Shown: positions 26,377 through 35,707 of the stretch, piece by piece
How positions within the stretch are numbered: the stretch's first letter is position 1
How the letters are laid out: the number at the start of each line of letters is the position of its first letter
Translations under genes and position numbers: made by a program
Source of the DNA: an uncultured Gammaproteobacteria bacterium
GTDB lineage: Bacteria; Patescibacteriota; Microgenomatia; UBA8517
Assembly: GCA_964500695.1 (NCBI GenBank)
Contig: CAZCNT010000002.1
Coordinates: 1 to 56,713, forward strand
Length of the DNA stretch: 56,713 bases
Direction: 5' to 3'
Notes under the pieces: model-generated
What the model was told of the DNA's origin: nothing
Seen by the model: the letters and a program-made list of their open reading frames with translations, nothing else
Databases searched by the model: none

Positions 26377-27615
26377 CTATTTCAATAACTTTCGCTTTTT
26401 GAGGTCTTCGGCAAAGTTTAAAGCCAGTTCGACATCCATCTTCAATTCCTGGGCGATTTCTACCACAGACCTTTTTCCGTCAATCATGTAACCAAAAAGT
26501 TCAAGCTGCCAATCTTCCGGACGTTTATCGAGAAACCAGCCTATTTTACCTCTCATAAGAGGTCCCACCCATTCCCTTCGGGGCACAAAATCTCTGTCAA
26601 AATTGCGTATAATCTTTAATATTAAACGCCTTCCGTTCTCAAGAGCTTCTTTACTAATAATTGATGGATTGTCAAGATGAGTGTGGTACTCTTCATATGG
26701 CCAAGTGGTAATCATCACTGCAGGAATATTAATTTTAGGGTCATTAAATATCAGCTCATCCGATCCTGTTAGCTCTCTGAATTCCAATATTTCGTGTTTT
26801 AATTTCAGATTCCTACATGAACTCTCACATGCGTAATTTAGTGGATGCTTTCCATCAAAAGTCTTTTGCACTAAAATTCTGTTTTTGTTTCCCAAAATGT
26901 CTATTACAAGAACGGCTTTGATATTTTTTAAATTCTTAATTCTTCGGGCCACATATGCAATAGAGCCAATCGTTTCCGGTAAAAACAAGAATCTAATCGT
27001 GTGATTAATCTTTTTAGATTTTATTTCCTGCGCGACCTTGATTGCAACTGCAACCGCCGATAAATTATCATTTGCCTGATATGGATGGTCCACATGAGCA
27101 ATAACTAATATTTCTTTCTTGGTCTTACCTTTAATAACAGATTCTCCTATTGTTAGATACCCTTTCTTATACGCAACTTTAATCGAAACTTTATATCTAT
27201 GTTTCCTGTTAAGTTTCTTGTATTGATTCTCACTCAGGCAGAAACCCCAATCCAAATTGTAATATGGAAAAACATAAGGAATTGCATTTTTATTCTTGCT
27301 AAAAAAACATTTATGCCTTAAATGTTTATCAAGTTCTGCAAAAGTCACAACTCCCTCAAAAGGGAGTGAGCCCACAAAAAGGTGTAGCGGGTTATTTTTG
27401 TAGTCTGCCACCAATCTTCCTGTCACCTCATCAATCAAGGTGGCGGCGGATACTTCCCACTTATCGGGAATTTTCCACGTAAAACACTTTGTCCCTGAAG
27501 CAATTTTAATAAACTTTAGAGGCAAATATTCTGAAATTATATTCATCGCTTTGTCTTCCCCGGCACTAACCAATGCACGATTGAACGGATATAGTCTTTT
27601 TATAATTTTCAGCAT
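26377..27615 (-). CDS. Aminopeptidase-like (M28-fold, COG4310-type) protein with a C-terminal winged-helix domain
   Basis: LVIAHVDHPYQANDNLSAVAV core, an N-terminal ..PFNRALVSAGEDKA.. segment and a C-terminal SVVEIAQELKMDVELALNFAEDLKKRKLL. From memory, this domain combination (DUF2172/DUF4910/HTH) recurs in polysaccharide loci. Confidence 0.5.
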   Translation of the reverse strand: MLKIIKRLYPFNRALVSAGEDKAMNIISEYLPLKFIKIASGTKCFTWKIPDKWEVSAATLIDEVTGRLVADYKNNPLHLFVGSLPFEGVVTFAELDKHLRHKCFFSKNKNAIPYVFPYYNLDWGFCLSENQYKKLNRKHRYKVSIKVAYKKGYLTIGESVIKGKTKKEILVIAHVDHPYQANDNLSAVAVAIKVAQEIKSKKINHTIRFLFLPETIGSIAYVARRIKNLKNIKAVLVIDILGNKNRILVQKTFDGKHPLNYACESSCRNLKLKHEILEFRELTGSDELIFNDPKINIPAVMITTWPYEEYHTHLDNPSIISKEALENGRRLILKIIRNFDRDFVPRREWVGPLMRGKIGWFLDKRPEDWQLELFGYMIDGKRSVVEIAQELKMDVELALNFAEDLKKRKLLK

Positions 27616-28324
27616 GAGAATCTTTGTATTGTATCACAATCCTGATATAATCTACCCCGTGAACAAACGAGCATATAGAAATTTTTACGGAGGTGGGTAT
27701 TTCGTGGATAGAATAGACGATGATTTGCGAACCCAAATGGAGCTTCAGGAAATAACTAGGCTAAAGAAATATATTCCTAAAAAAGGGAATGTTCTTGATG
27801 TTGGTTGTGGTTTGGGTGAATTTCTTTCACTCTTCGATCATGGTTGGGATAAATACGGAATCGAAATATCACAATACGCAATTAGGAAGGCAAAAAAAAG
27901 AGGGGTTAAATTTACGATACCAAATAAAGCCGATAACTTCGACCTAGTGATCTTTCGGGGAACGATACAGCATTTAGATAAACCGTTTTCTGAAATTCAA
28001 AAAAGAATTAAGCAACTTAAGCCAGGTGGTTTCATGGTCTTTCTGGCAACACCGAATACCGGCGGGCTTTATTATCGAATTTTTCAAGATCTCCCATTTC
28101 TGGATCCTAAAAGGAATTTTCTTATCCCCTCTGACAAAATGTTTATTCATATCCTGGAAAATTTAGGTCTAAAAGTAAAAAAAATCCACTATCCATATAA
28201 AGAAACTCCATACGCTCACCCATTAAAAGACTTCTTCTTTTTTGCCCTGAGGCTTTTTGGGATTGCTAACAAAAAACATGCTTTTCCAAAAAATATGATG
28301 GAGGTGTATGCCCAAAAACCTTAA
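27614..28324 (+). CDS. Class I SAM-dependent methyltransferase
   Basis: VLDVGCGLGEF (motif I) and LKPGGFMVFLATP. ATG 27614 overlaps the divergent ATG at 27615. GTG 27659 is the more likely start if the TGATATAAT box is the promoter. The track start at 27440 is rejected. Confidence 0.8.
   Translation: MRIFVLYHNPDIIYPVNKRAYRNFYGGGYFVDRIDDDLRTQMELQEITRLKKYIPKKGNVLDVGCGLGEFLSLFDHGWDKYGIEISQYAIRKAKKRGVKFTIPNKADNFDLVIFRGTIQHLDKPFSEIQKRIKQLKPGGFMVFLATPNTGGLYYRIFQDLPFLDPKRNFLIPSDKMFIHILENLGLKVKKIHYPYKETPYAHPLKDFFFFALRLFGIANKKHAFPKNMMEVYAQKP
27628..27651. promoter_or_regulatory. Back-to-back extended -10 boxes: TGATACAAT (minus strand, 27636-27628) and TGATATAAT (plus strand, 27643-27651)
   Basis: Read directly from the sequence. 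The minus-strand box ends 12 nt before ATG 27615. The plus-strand box ends 7 nt before GTG 27659. Confidence 0.45.
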
Positions 28325-28385
28325 TCCTCCTCATTGACTTTTTTGTCCTTCGTGAGAAAATATTTGAAATTATCGGACATAAAAA

Positions 28386-30068
28386 ATGAAGGATCGTATA
28401 AAACATATAGGTCAAAACCCCGAGGAGATGGGATCATACGGATCCGTAATCCCGTTTACCGATATTACGCCCAAAGTAAATCCGTCTGCACCATTTGAAA
28501 AATTATCCATAAAGAATGTTGAAAGTCTCCCCGATTCACAAAGAAACATATTGTTTATTTATCCCGGTATGATTACCGAAGCTCCTATGACACTCGGCAT
28601 GCTTGGGGCTGTAGCAAAGCAAGAGGGTTGGAAAGCCCATGCAATGGTAAATACTTTTAAAAAACCTTTAGCGGTAGAAGATTACGTTCACAAAGCCCAT
28701 GAAGTTAAAGCAAATTTAGTAGGGATAACAATGCTAACATTTAATGCGCTTGAAACCTATAAAATCGTTGCTGGTCTAAAAGAAGCCGGTTTCCCTGTAA
28801 TAATGGGTGGGCCTCACCCTACTGATAATCCCCAGGAATGTCTTGATCGTGGCGCAAATATTGTTGTAAGAGGAGAGGGTGAATATCCAATACGGCAAAT
28901 ATTACGGGATTTTCCAAATGTTCCGGAAGGTGTTATAAAAGGAGAAGTTCCTCGAAACTTAAGCGAACTTCCTCTCCCAGATTTGGATGTCTACGATCAA
29001 AGTGCTTTTACTGACGACGAAGGGTTCGTAAGAGGATTTAACAGAATACATACGAGTAGAGCTTGCCCGGCTCATTGTACCTTCTGCGCTTCAAGTGTAC
29101 TCGGGCATGACTGGAGACCTACTACCGTAGACAGAATAATTGAGGATATCCAAAGGAGAGTTGACCAATATGGAATCACCAGTATCGGCTTTGCGGATGA
29201 TTGTTTTCCGGTAGATAAAGATAGAGCACTTGATTTTTGTAGGCGTGTCCATGAAATTAAACTTAAAGACTCAAATCAAAAGCTTACGATTAGGCTTAAT
29301 TCCCGTGTAACCTTGGTTGACAGTGAACTTTTGAAAGCGTTCAAGGATGCAGGTGTTTATTCAATAGCCTTTGGACTAGAAAGTTTCGACGAGCTTTCTT
29401 TAAAACGAATGGGTAAAAACGTAACTTTGCAACAAAACATTGAAGCTCCATGGATGGCTCATGAGGCGGGCCTGATTGTATATGGTTGTTTGATGATAGG
29501 TTTCCCCTGGGAAACATCCCTAAGCATTCAAAATCAAATAAAAGGTATGCATGAAGTTTGGGATGCGGTATCACTCTTTCAGGTCTCAGGATGCCTGACG
29601 CCTTTTCCGGGAACGGCAATATATAAACAATTTGTAAACGAATATCCGAGTATCAGTGAATGGTGGCTTGATCCGCGCAAGCAAGACCACGGCATCCAGG
29701 TTTATCAAAATGCAGCAAATCCTTATGCAGTGAGCAATTTCTATCAGCGTGTGTATTTTGACGATTCATACATAAGAGGTGAAGATTTCTTTCCATATAC
29801 CGATGAATACAAGAGGTCTGTTGCCAAATTCGTACAAGAAGTGGGTAGCCATAATATACCTTTTATGTATCCTGATCGGCCAATTACGCAACAGTTTACC
29901 CATTTGGCTGCTAAGGCTTCGATGATTGGCGAAGATTTATTCCCCGGTATGGAGAGAAAAATAGGAGGATGGTTATTTGATAGGTTTGGACGTAAAGGCG
30001 AAAGAACCGGCATTGAAAAACAAAGAGATCAAAGAAGAGGAATTTCTAAACATCTAAACAGCCGATAG
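28386..30068 (+). CDS. B12-binding-domain radical SAM enzyme (class B-like), second copy
   Basis: CPAHCTFC (CxxxCxxC) at about residue 227. N-terminal domain has ..LVGITMLTFNALETYKIVAGLKEAGFPVIMGGPHPT. 560 aa with a basic C-terminal tail. Confidence 0.85.
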   Translation: MKDRIKHIGQNPEEMGSYGSVIPFTDITPKVNPSAPFEKLSIKNVESLPDSQRNILFIYPGMITEAPMTLGMLGAVAKQEGWKAHAMVNTFKKPLAVEDYVHKAHEVKANLVGITMLTFNALETYKIVAGLKEAGFPVIMGGPHPTDNPQECLDRGANIVVRGEGEYPIRQILRDFPNVPEGVIKGEVPRNLSELPLPDLDVYDQSAFTDDEGFVRGFNRIHTSRACPAHCTFCASSVLGHDWRPTTVDRIIEDIQRRVDQYGITSIGFADDCFPVDKDRALDFCRRVHEIKLKDSNQKLTIRLNSRVTLVDSELLKAFKDAGVYSIAFGLESFDELSLKRMGKNVTLQQNIEAPWMAHEAGLIVYGCLMIGFPWETSLSIQNQIKGMHEVWDAVSLFQVSGCLTPFPGTAIYKQFVNEYPSISEWWLDPRKQDHGIQVYQNAANPYAVSNFYQRVYFDDSYIRGEDFFPYTDEYKRSVAKFVQEVGSHNIPFMYPDRPITQQFTHLAAKASMIGEDLFPGMERKIGGWLFDRFGRKGERTGIEKQRDQRRGISKHLNSR

Positions 30069-30118
30069 CGGGGACGCTTCTTAACCGGGCTCATTGATGT
30101 TAAAATCATAATAAATTT

Positions 30119-31141
30119 ATGCCCCATATTAAGGATTATTTAAGAGAGTTTTTACACAGCATCAATCAAAACCCCATAAGTGAGATGTTGTTTGAAAAAG
30201 AAATCATTAGAAAATCAAAACTTCCCTTGACATCAATACATGAGTTGGTTAATAAAATCGGTATATTTTCTCCGTTTACAAAGGAGCTCTATCGACAAAA
30301 TGACTATTATGGTCATGCTTCTGTCATCAAAAAATACCTTAAGATTTCAGGGGACTATCAATTCAAGTTTGCGATCGACCATGGAATTGTATTTAGTAAA
30401 AATACAAATCAACTGGGAACAGATTCTACGATCCCCTCGGCTGTAACTTTTGGGAAATATCAACAATGTATTCTAAAAACATATAAACCAAATATCTATT
30501 GCATAGGACCTTATATACACTACGCAGAAAGCCTTTACTGCGATGAAGAAATATACAAAATGAGAAAGAAATTGGGGACAACTCTTTTAGTTTTTCCGTC
30601 CCATTCAACCCCATCCGATACGGTCGAATATGACTATAGAGAACTGGTTAATAAGATTCAAATTGCAGGGAAAAAATTTCAAACAATACGTGTATGCATT
30701 TATTGGAGCGATGTCTTAAGAGGGGTAGATGAAATTTACAGGAAAGCGGGGTTCGAGTGTGTTACTGCCGGACATGTTTATGATCCCAACTTTTTACCCA
30801 GATTAAAATCGATTATTTTGTTATCGGATTATGCCATGGGAAACGGTGTTGGCTCGAATGTGGGTTATTGTATTTACATGAATAAACCTTATCAAATAAT
30901 GTGGCAGGAGGAAAAACTAAGTGGCCACCATAAGGCGATAAAAATAATCGAGGACGAGACGTCCTCTAAGGGTTTTCGTGAAGTTATAAAAACCCTAAAC
31001 AAATTCAGCAATAAAGTAACAACAAAACAAAAAGAAATAATCGGATATTATTGGGGGTTCGATGAAATCAAATCTCCTTCCAAACTTGGTGAAATTATCA
31101 GAAATTCAGAGGCCAACTACCAAAACTCAACAAACGATTGA
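30119..31141 (+). CDS. Hypothetical protein (no family recognised)
   Basis: 340-aa ORF directly downstream of the second radical-SAM gene. No TM helices. Possibly a Rossmann-like C-terminal half (..TLLVFPSHSTP..RVCIYWSDV..). Confidence 0.55.
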   Translation: MPHIKDYLREFLHSINQNPISEMLFEKEIIRKSKLPLTSIHELVNKIGIFSPFTKELYRQNDYYGHASVIKKYLKISGDYQFKFAIDHGIVFSKNTNQLGTDSTIPSAVTFGKYQQCILKTYKPNIYCIGPYIHYAESLYCDEEIYKMRKKLGTTLLVFPSHSTPSDTVEYDYRELVNKIQIAGKKFQTIRVCIYWSDVLRGVDEIYRKAGFECVTAGHVYDPNFLPRLKSIILLSDYAMGNGVGSNVGYCIYMNKPYQIMWQEEKLSGHHKAIKIIEDETSSKGFREVIKTLNKFSNKVTTKQKEIIGYYWGFDEIKSPSKLGEIIRNSEANYQNSTND

Positions 31142-31176
31142 CATCCTAGGCTAAAGACCCAAACGACACAAGCTTC

Positions 31177-31205
31177 TTGACTATAATTAGCTTTATCACT
31201 AGAAT
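31177..31205 (+). promoter_or_regulatory. Near-consensus sigma70 promoter: ttgact-N17-tagaat
   Basis: -35 at 31177-31182 and -10 at 31200-31205, 15 nt upstream of the rfbF ATG at 31221, inside an 79-bp spacer. Confidence 0.5.
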
Positions 31206-31220
31206 CAGGTATCAAATTTT

Positions 31221-31997
31221 ATGAAAATAGTAATTCTATGCGGCGGGATCGGCTATAGGCTTAAAGAAGAGACCGAGTTTAAGCCAAAACCCATGGTTTT
31301 TGTCGGTGACAAACCCATTCTTTGGCATATAATGAAAATTTACGCCCATTACGGATACAATGAATTTATTATTGCTCTGGGGTATAAAGGAGACTGTATA
31401 AAAGACTACTTCTTAAAACAAAAACATTTGCTTCATGACTTTACCCTCCAAACTAAAGACGGTTCTACAAATCTCCATAAAATGACCTCAAAGAGTGGTG
31501 ACGACTTTATCATTACATTTGTGGATACAGGACTCGAAACCTTACCCGGTGAAAGGATATTAAGAATAAGAGATTATATTCCAAAAGAGGATGAGAATTT
31601 TATGGTCACCTACGGAGACGGCCTTGCAGATATTAATATTCCAAAACTCATAAGCTTTCACAAAAAACACGGTCTCATCGGATCAGTTACTAGCGTTCAC
31701 CCAACCAGTAGATATGGAATTTTATCAATTGACAAGAGGGGGCTTGCATATTCTTTTAAAGAAAAACCGCTTCTTAATGATTGGGTAAACGGGGGGTTTA
31801 TGGTGTTTAAAAAGACTTTTTTCAAATACTTAAAAAGGGGCGAGTATGAACATCCTGCTCTTAAAAGACTTATCGAAAGAAAACAGCTTGCAATTTTTTC
31901 CCACAAGGGATTTTGGCACTCTATGGACACCTACCCGGACGTAGATCATCTAAACGGGCTTTGGAAAAAAGATCCGAAATGGAAAGTATGGAAATAA
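31221..31997 (+). CDS. rfbF: Glucose-1-phosphate cytidylyltransferase
   Basis: MKIVILCGGIGYRLKEETEFKPKPMV.VGDKPILWHIMKIYAHYGYNEFIIALGYKG is the canonical RfbF/DdhA N-terminus. 258 aa. Confidence 0.9.
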   Translation: MKIVILCGGIGYRLKEETEFKPKPMVFVGDKPILWHIMKIYAHYGYNEFIIALGYKGDCIKDYFLKQKHLLHDFTLQTKDGSTNLHKMTSKSGDDFIITFVDTGLETLPGERILRIRDYIPKEDENFMVTYGDGLADINIPKLISFHKKHGLIGSVTSVHPTSRYGILSIDKRGLAYSFKEKPLLNDWVNGGFMVFKKTFFKYLKRGEYEHPALKRLIERKQLAIFSHKGFWHSMDTYPDVDHLNGLWKKDPKWKVWK

Positions 31998-33076
31998 ACT
32001 CAAATATTGAAGACAAAGATTTAAAATATATCCTTACTAAGGCGGGAGCGGAAATCAAGGGCCTGGCCGGCAAGGCAATTCTTTTTACCGGAGCCGGAGG
32101 TTTCTTGGGTTACTATTTCATTAAATCTTTTATTAAATGGAACGATTTGCACCCAAAGAACAAAATTTCAATTTATGCCTTGGATACTTTCCCCTTAAGG
32201 GTTCCTTCATGGCTGAAGGACAGACCCGAAATAAAAATCATCAGGCAGGATGTCGCCAAGGCCGTTTTTTCCCCAAAACAGCAATTTGATTACATTATCC
32301 ATGCAGCGTCAATTGCCTCTCCAATTTTCTACCGCCTTCACCCAATCGAAACCATCAATGCGAATGTTCAGGGCCTTTACAAAATATTAAATTATGCTGT
32401 TGAAAGGCTGAAAACAAAGAGAAAGGTAAAAGGAATATTATTTTTCTCAACTAGCGAAATATACGGCGATCCGACCATGGAAAATGTACCCACCCCTGAA
32501 ACTTACCGTGGAAATGTCTCCTGCACCGGTCCCAGAGCATGCTATGATGAGTCCAAGAGATTTGGCGAGACCCTTTGCGTCAATTATTCAAAGGTTCACG
32601 GACTACCAATTAAAGTTGCCCGCCCGTTTAATAATTACGGTCCAGGTTTGAAAATTACAGACGGGCGCGTCATTCCTGATCTTGCCAATGATATTTTGCA
32701 CGGCAGAAATGTTACGCTTCTTTCCGGCGGGTCCGCTACCCGTACATTCTGTTACATCGCCGATGCAATCACCGGCTACATCAAAATACTGATCAACGGC
32801 AAACCCGGCGAAGCCTACAACATCGGAACTGAAAAACCTGAGATATCCATTTCTCTCCTCGCAGAAAAAATGAAAGATTTATCCATTAAACATTTTGATT
32901 ATCATGGAAAAATAATCAGAAAAATAAGCAAGGACAAAAACTACTTGACAGACAATCCTCAACGTAGGTGTCCTCAAATTTCAAAAGCGAAAAAGGAGTT
33001 GAAATACAAACCCGAAATTTCTCTCGATAAAGGTTTACTTAACACACTTCTTTGGTATAAGGAAGGTCAATTATGA
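31979..33076 (+). CDS. Extended SDR, UDP-glucuronate decarboxylase (UXS / ArnA C-terminal domain)-like
   Basis: ILFTGAGGFLGYY (GxxGxxG), STSEIYGDP, CYDESKRFGETLC (YxxxK, as in UXS CYDEGKR.AE), RPFNNYGP, DGRVIP. Start is ATG 31979 or 31988; the track start at 31913 is rejected. Confidence 0.75.
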   Translation: MESMEINSNIEDKDLKYILTKAGAEIKGLAGKAILFTGAGGFLGYYFIKSFIKWNDLHPKNKISIYALDTFPLRVPSWLKDRPEIKIIRQDVAKAVFSPKQQFDYIIHAASIASPIFYRLHPIETINANVQGLYKILNYAVERLKTKRKVKGILFFSTSEIYGDPTMENVPTPETYRGNVSCTGPRACYDESKRFGETLCVNYSKVHGLPIKVARPFNNYGPGLKITDGRVIPDLANDILHGRNVTLLSGGSATRTFCYIADAITGYIKILINGKPGEAYNIGTEKPEISISLLAEKMKDLSIKHFDYHGKIIRKISKDKNYLTDNPQRRCPQISKAKKELKYKPEISLDKGLLNTLLWYKEGQL

Positions 33077-34425
33077 AAATATCAATCGTGGGGTCAGGCT
33101 ACGTAGGATTAATTACGGGAATCTCGTTGTCATCACTGGGACATAGAATCACATGTATTGAGAACAATAAGGACAAAGTTTTCGCTATTAATAATGGTAA
33201 ATCTCCATTTTACGAACCCGGAGTAGATCTGGCTCTTCAAAGTGCTATTAAAAAGGGTCTACTTCAGGCAACAGAATCACTTAAAGAAGGTGTGATTAAC
33301 TCTGATATCACAATTATCGCCGTAGGAACACCTACTATAGATAATAAAATCGATCTTACATTCGTTAAGAAAGCATCGGAAGAAATTGGGAGAGCCTTAA
33401 GAGAAAGTAAAAAATATCACGTTGTTACCGTTAAATCCACCGTTTTACCCGGTGTTACAGAGCAAGTTGTTAAACCAATAATAGAGAAGTTTTCAGGCAA
33501 AAGCATCGGAGAGTACGGCCTTTGTATGAGTCCCGAATTCTTAAGCGAGGGAACGGCTATTAAGGATGCGCAGGAACCGGACAGAATCGTCATTGGTCAA
33601 TACGATGATAAAAGTGGTATGGAATTTGCAAAAATATATAATGGAAGCAAGGCACCTATAATATTTACCAATCTTTGGACGGCCGAACTGACAAAATACA
33701 CTGCCAACTCGCTACTTGCCACACTAATCAGTTTTTCCAACGAAATAGCCAGGATAGCAGAAGCAACCGGCAAAGTGGATATCTTGGAAGTATGGAAAGG
33801 AGTGCATCTCGATAAGAGGCTCAGCCCAATAAATGGAAAGGTCAGAATAAAACCCGGGGTGCTAAAATTTATTCTTTCCGGATGTGGATATGGCGGAAGT
33901 TGTTTCCCGAAAGATACCAAGGCAATTGCCAGCTACGCCGACGAGCTTGGAATAGAAACTTCGCTTATCAAAAGTGTTATTGAAATAAACAACACTCAGC
34001 CTATTAGAACGGTAAAACTATTAGAGGATGTTTTAGGGAAAAATTTGGCCGGTAAAAAGATAGCCGTATTAGGATTAACTTTCAAACCAGATACCGACGA
34101 TCTTCGAGAATCTCCGGCTTTTCCTATCATCAATGAATTACTTTCGGAAGGAGCAATTGTATTCGGGCATGATCCCAGGGCATACAAAGAAAGCGTTCCC
34201 CCACAACTTTCAAGTCTTGGTATCTCCTTAGCCAATTCGACAGAGGAAGCTCTCAAAAATGCCGATGGCGTTATTGTTGTAACTTCCTGGAAAGAGTACA
34301 CACAATTAACTCCCAAGTTTTTCAAAGAAAATATGAAACTTCCGGTTGTAATCGATGCCAGAAGAATTTATAATAGGAGCTCATTTACAAACGCTGGAGT
34401 AATCTACAAAGGAATTGGTCTATGA
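33073..34425 (+). CDS. ugd: UDP-glucose 6-dehydrogenase family
   Basis: MKISIVGSGYVGLITGISLS.., ..GCGYGGSCFPKD.. catalytic Cys motif, ..LGLTFKPDTDDLRESPA... 450 aa. Confidence 0.9.
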   Translation: MKISIVGSGYVGLITGISLSSLGHRITCIENNKDKVFAINNGKSPFYEPGVDLALQSAIKKGLLQATESLKEGVINSDITIIAVGTPTIDNKIDLTFVKKASEEIGRALRESKKYHVVTVKSTVLPGVTEQVVKPIIEKFSGKSIGEYGLCMSPEFLSEGTAIKDAQEPDRIVIGQYDDKSGMEFAKIYNGSKAPIIFTNLWTAELTKYTANSLLATLISFSNEIARIAEATGKVDILEVWKGVHLDKRLSPINGKVRIKPGVLKFILSGCGYGGSCFPKDTKAIASYADELGIETSLIKSVIEINNTQPIRTVKLLEDVLGKNLAGKKIAVLGLTFKPDTDDLRESPAFPIINELLSEGAIVFGHDPRAYKESVPPQLSSLGISLANSTEEALKNADGVIVVTSWKEYTQLTPKFFKENMKLPVVIDARRIYNRSSFTNAGVIYKGIGL

Positions 34426-35702
34426 AACTAAATTACCCAAAGCATCACCTTGTAAATATCGGACATATTTCAAGGTGTCAGATATGCAACTCAAATAAAC
34501 TTCATACAATTCTTGATCTTGGACATCAGCCTCTTTGCGATTCTCTTCTTACAAAAGAAACATTAAACGATCCTGAAACCACGTACCCTCTTAGAATGGT
34601 TTGGTGTCAAAACTGTACATGCGTTCAATTGGATTATTGCGTTGACGGCCGTTTGGTTTACCACCCCGACTATCCGTATAGAAGCGGTATTACTAAGGAG
34701 CTGGCAGAATACCAAACTGCCTTAAGCGAATCTTTAGTAAAAAAATACAACCTGACCAGAAAAGACCTTGTAATAGATATCGGATCAAACGATGGAACTC
34801 TTTTGTCCGGATTTAAAAAGCAGGGAGTTAAGATATTGGGAGTTGAACCGACCAACATAGCTAAAATTGCAAACGCCTCGGGAATTAGAACAATACAAAA
34901 ATATTTTGACATGAAGGTGGCCAAACAGATAAAGAAAAAGTACGGGTCCGCATCCTTGATTACGACAACCAACACCTTTGCCCATATGCAGTCCCTAGGA
35001 GAATTTATAGTCGGGGCTCACTTACTACTTAAAGAGGGTGGTACCTTTGTTAATGAAACGCACTATCTTCTGGATATTATTGCGGGTGGACAATTTGATT
35101 CCATTTACCATGAACACCTTAGGACATACTCTCTAAAAGCCTATATCTCCCTGTTTGACCAATACGACTTCACCGTAACTGATGCAGAAAGAGGAAGCAG
35201 GTATGGGGGTAATATCAGGGTTCACGCGACCAAGGGCAGAGGGATGCCGGTGAGTAAGAATGTAAAGCAACTTCTTAAACTGGAAAAGGATGCGGGCCTT
35301 GGAAGGCTGGTCACTTACTCAAAGTTTGCCCAACGCGTAAAAATGGCAAGATTTGAGTTTATGAACTTCATATATAAAGTCAGAAAAGTAAATAAAAATA
35401 TTGTAGGCAACTCCTGTCCTGCCCGAGCATCTACACTTTTAAATTATTACGGTGTGGATAGTGAGCTTCTCCCCTACTTGGCAGAACAACCGACATCCTT
35501 AAAACTTAATATGTTTTTGGCCGGCGAGCATATCCCAATCGTTAATAACCAGAGATTAATTGATGAACAGCCCGATTACGTCATTATTTTAGCCTGGCAT
35601 CTCGCAAAACCGATAATTGAACAATTAAAAGCAAGGGGATTAAAATCCGATTTTGTTATTCCCCTGCCCGACTTCAAACTAATAAAAAACTCACAAGTTT
35701 AA
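34422..35702 (+). CDS. NDP-hexose C-methyltransferase-type enzyme (Zn-ribbon + SAM MTase + C-methyltransferase C-terminal domain)
   Basis: CQICNSNKL..x..CQNC Zn-binding N-terminus, VIDIGSNDGTLL motif I, and a C-terminal ..DYVIILAWHLAKPII.. region typical of TylCIII-like enzymes (Methyltransf_13/14 architecture). Confidence 0.8.
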   Translation: MKLNYPKHHLVNIGHISRCQICNSNKLHTILDLGHQPLCDSLLTKETLNDPETTYPLRMVWCQNCTCVQLDYCVDGRLVYHPDYPYRSGITKELAEYQTALSESLVKKYNLTRKDLVIDIGSNDGTLLSGFKKQGVKILGVEPTNIAKIANASGIRTIQKYFDMKVAKQIKKKYGSASLITTTNTFAHMQSLGEFIVGAHLLLKEGGTFVNETHYLLDIIAGGQFDSIYHEHLRTYSLKAYISLFDQYDFTVTDAERGSRYGGNIRVHATKGRGMPVSKNVKQLLKLEKDAGLGRLVTYSKFAQRVKMARFEFMNFIYKVRKVNKNIVGNSCPARASTLLNYYGVDSELLPYLAEQPTSLKLNMFLAGEHIPIVNNQRLIDEQPDYVIILAWHLAKPIIEQLKARGLKSDFVIPLPDFKLIKNSQV

Positions 35703-35707
35703 GTTAC

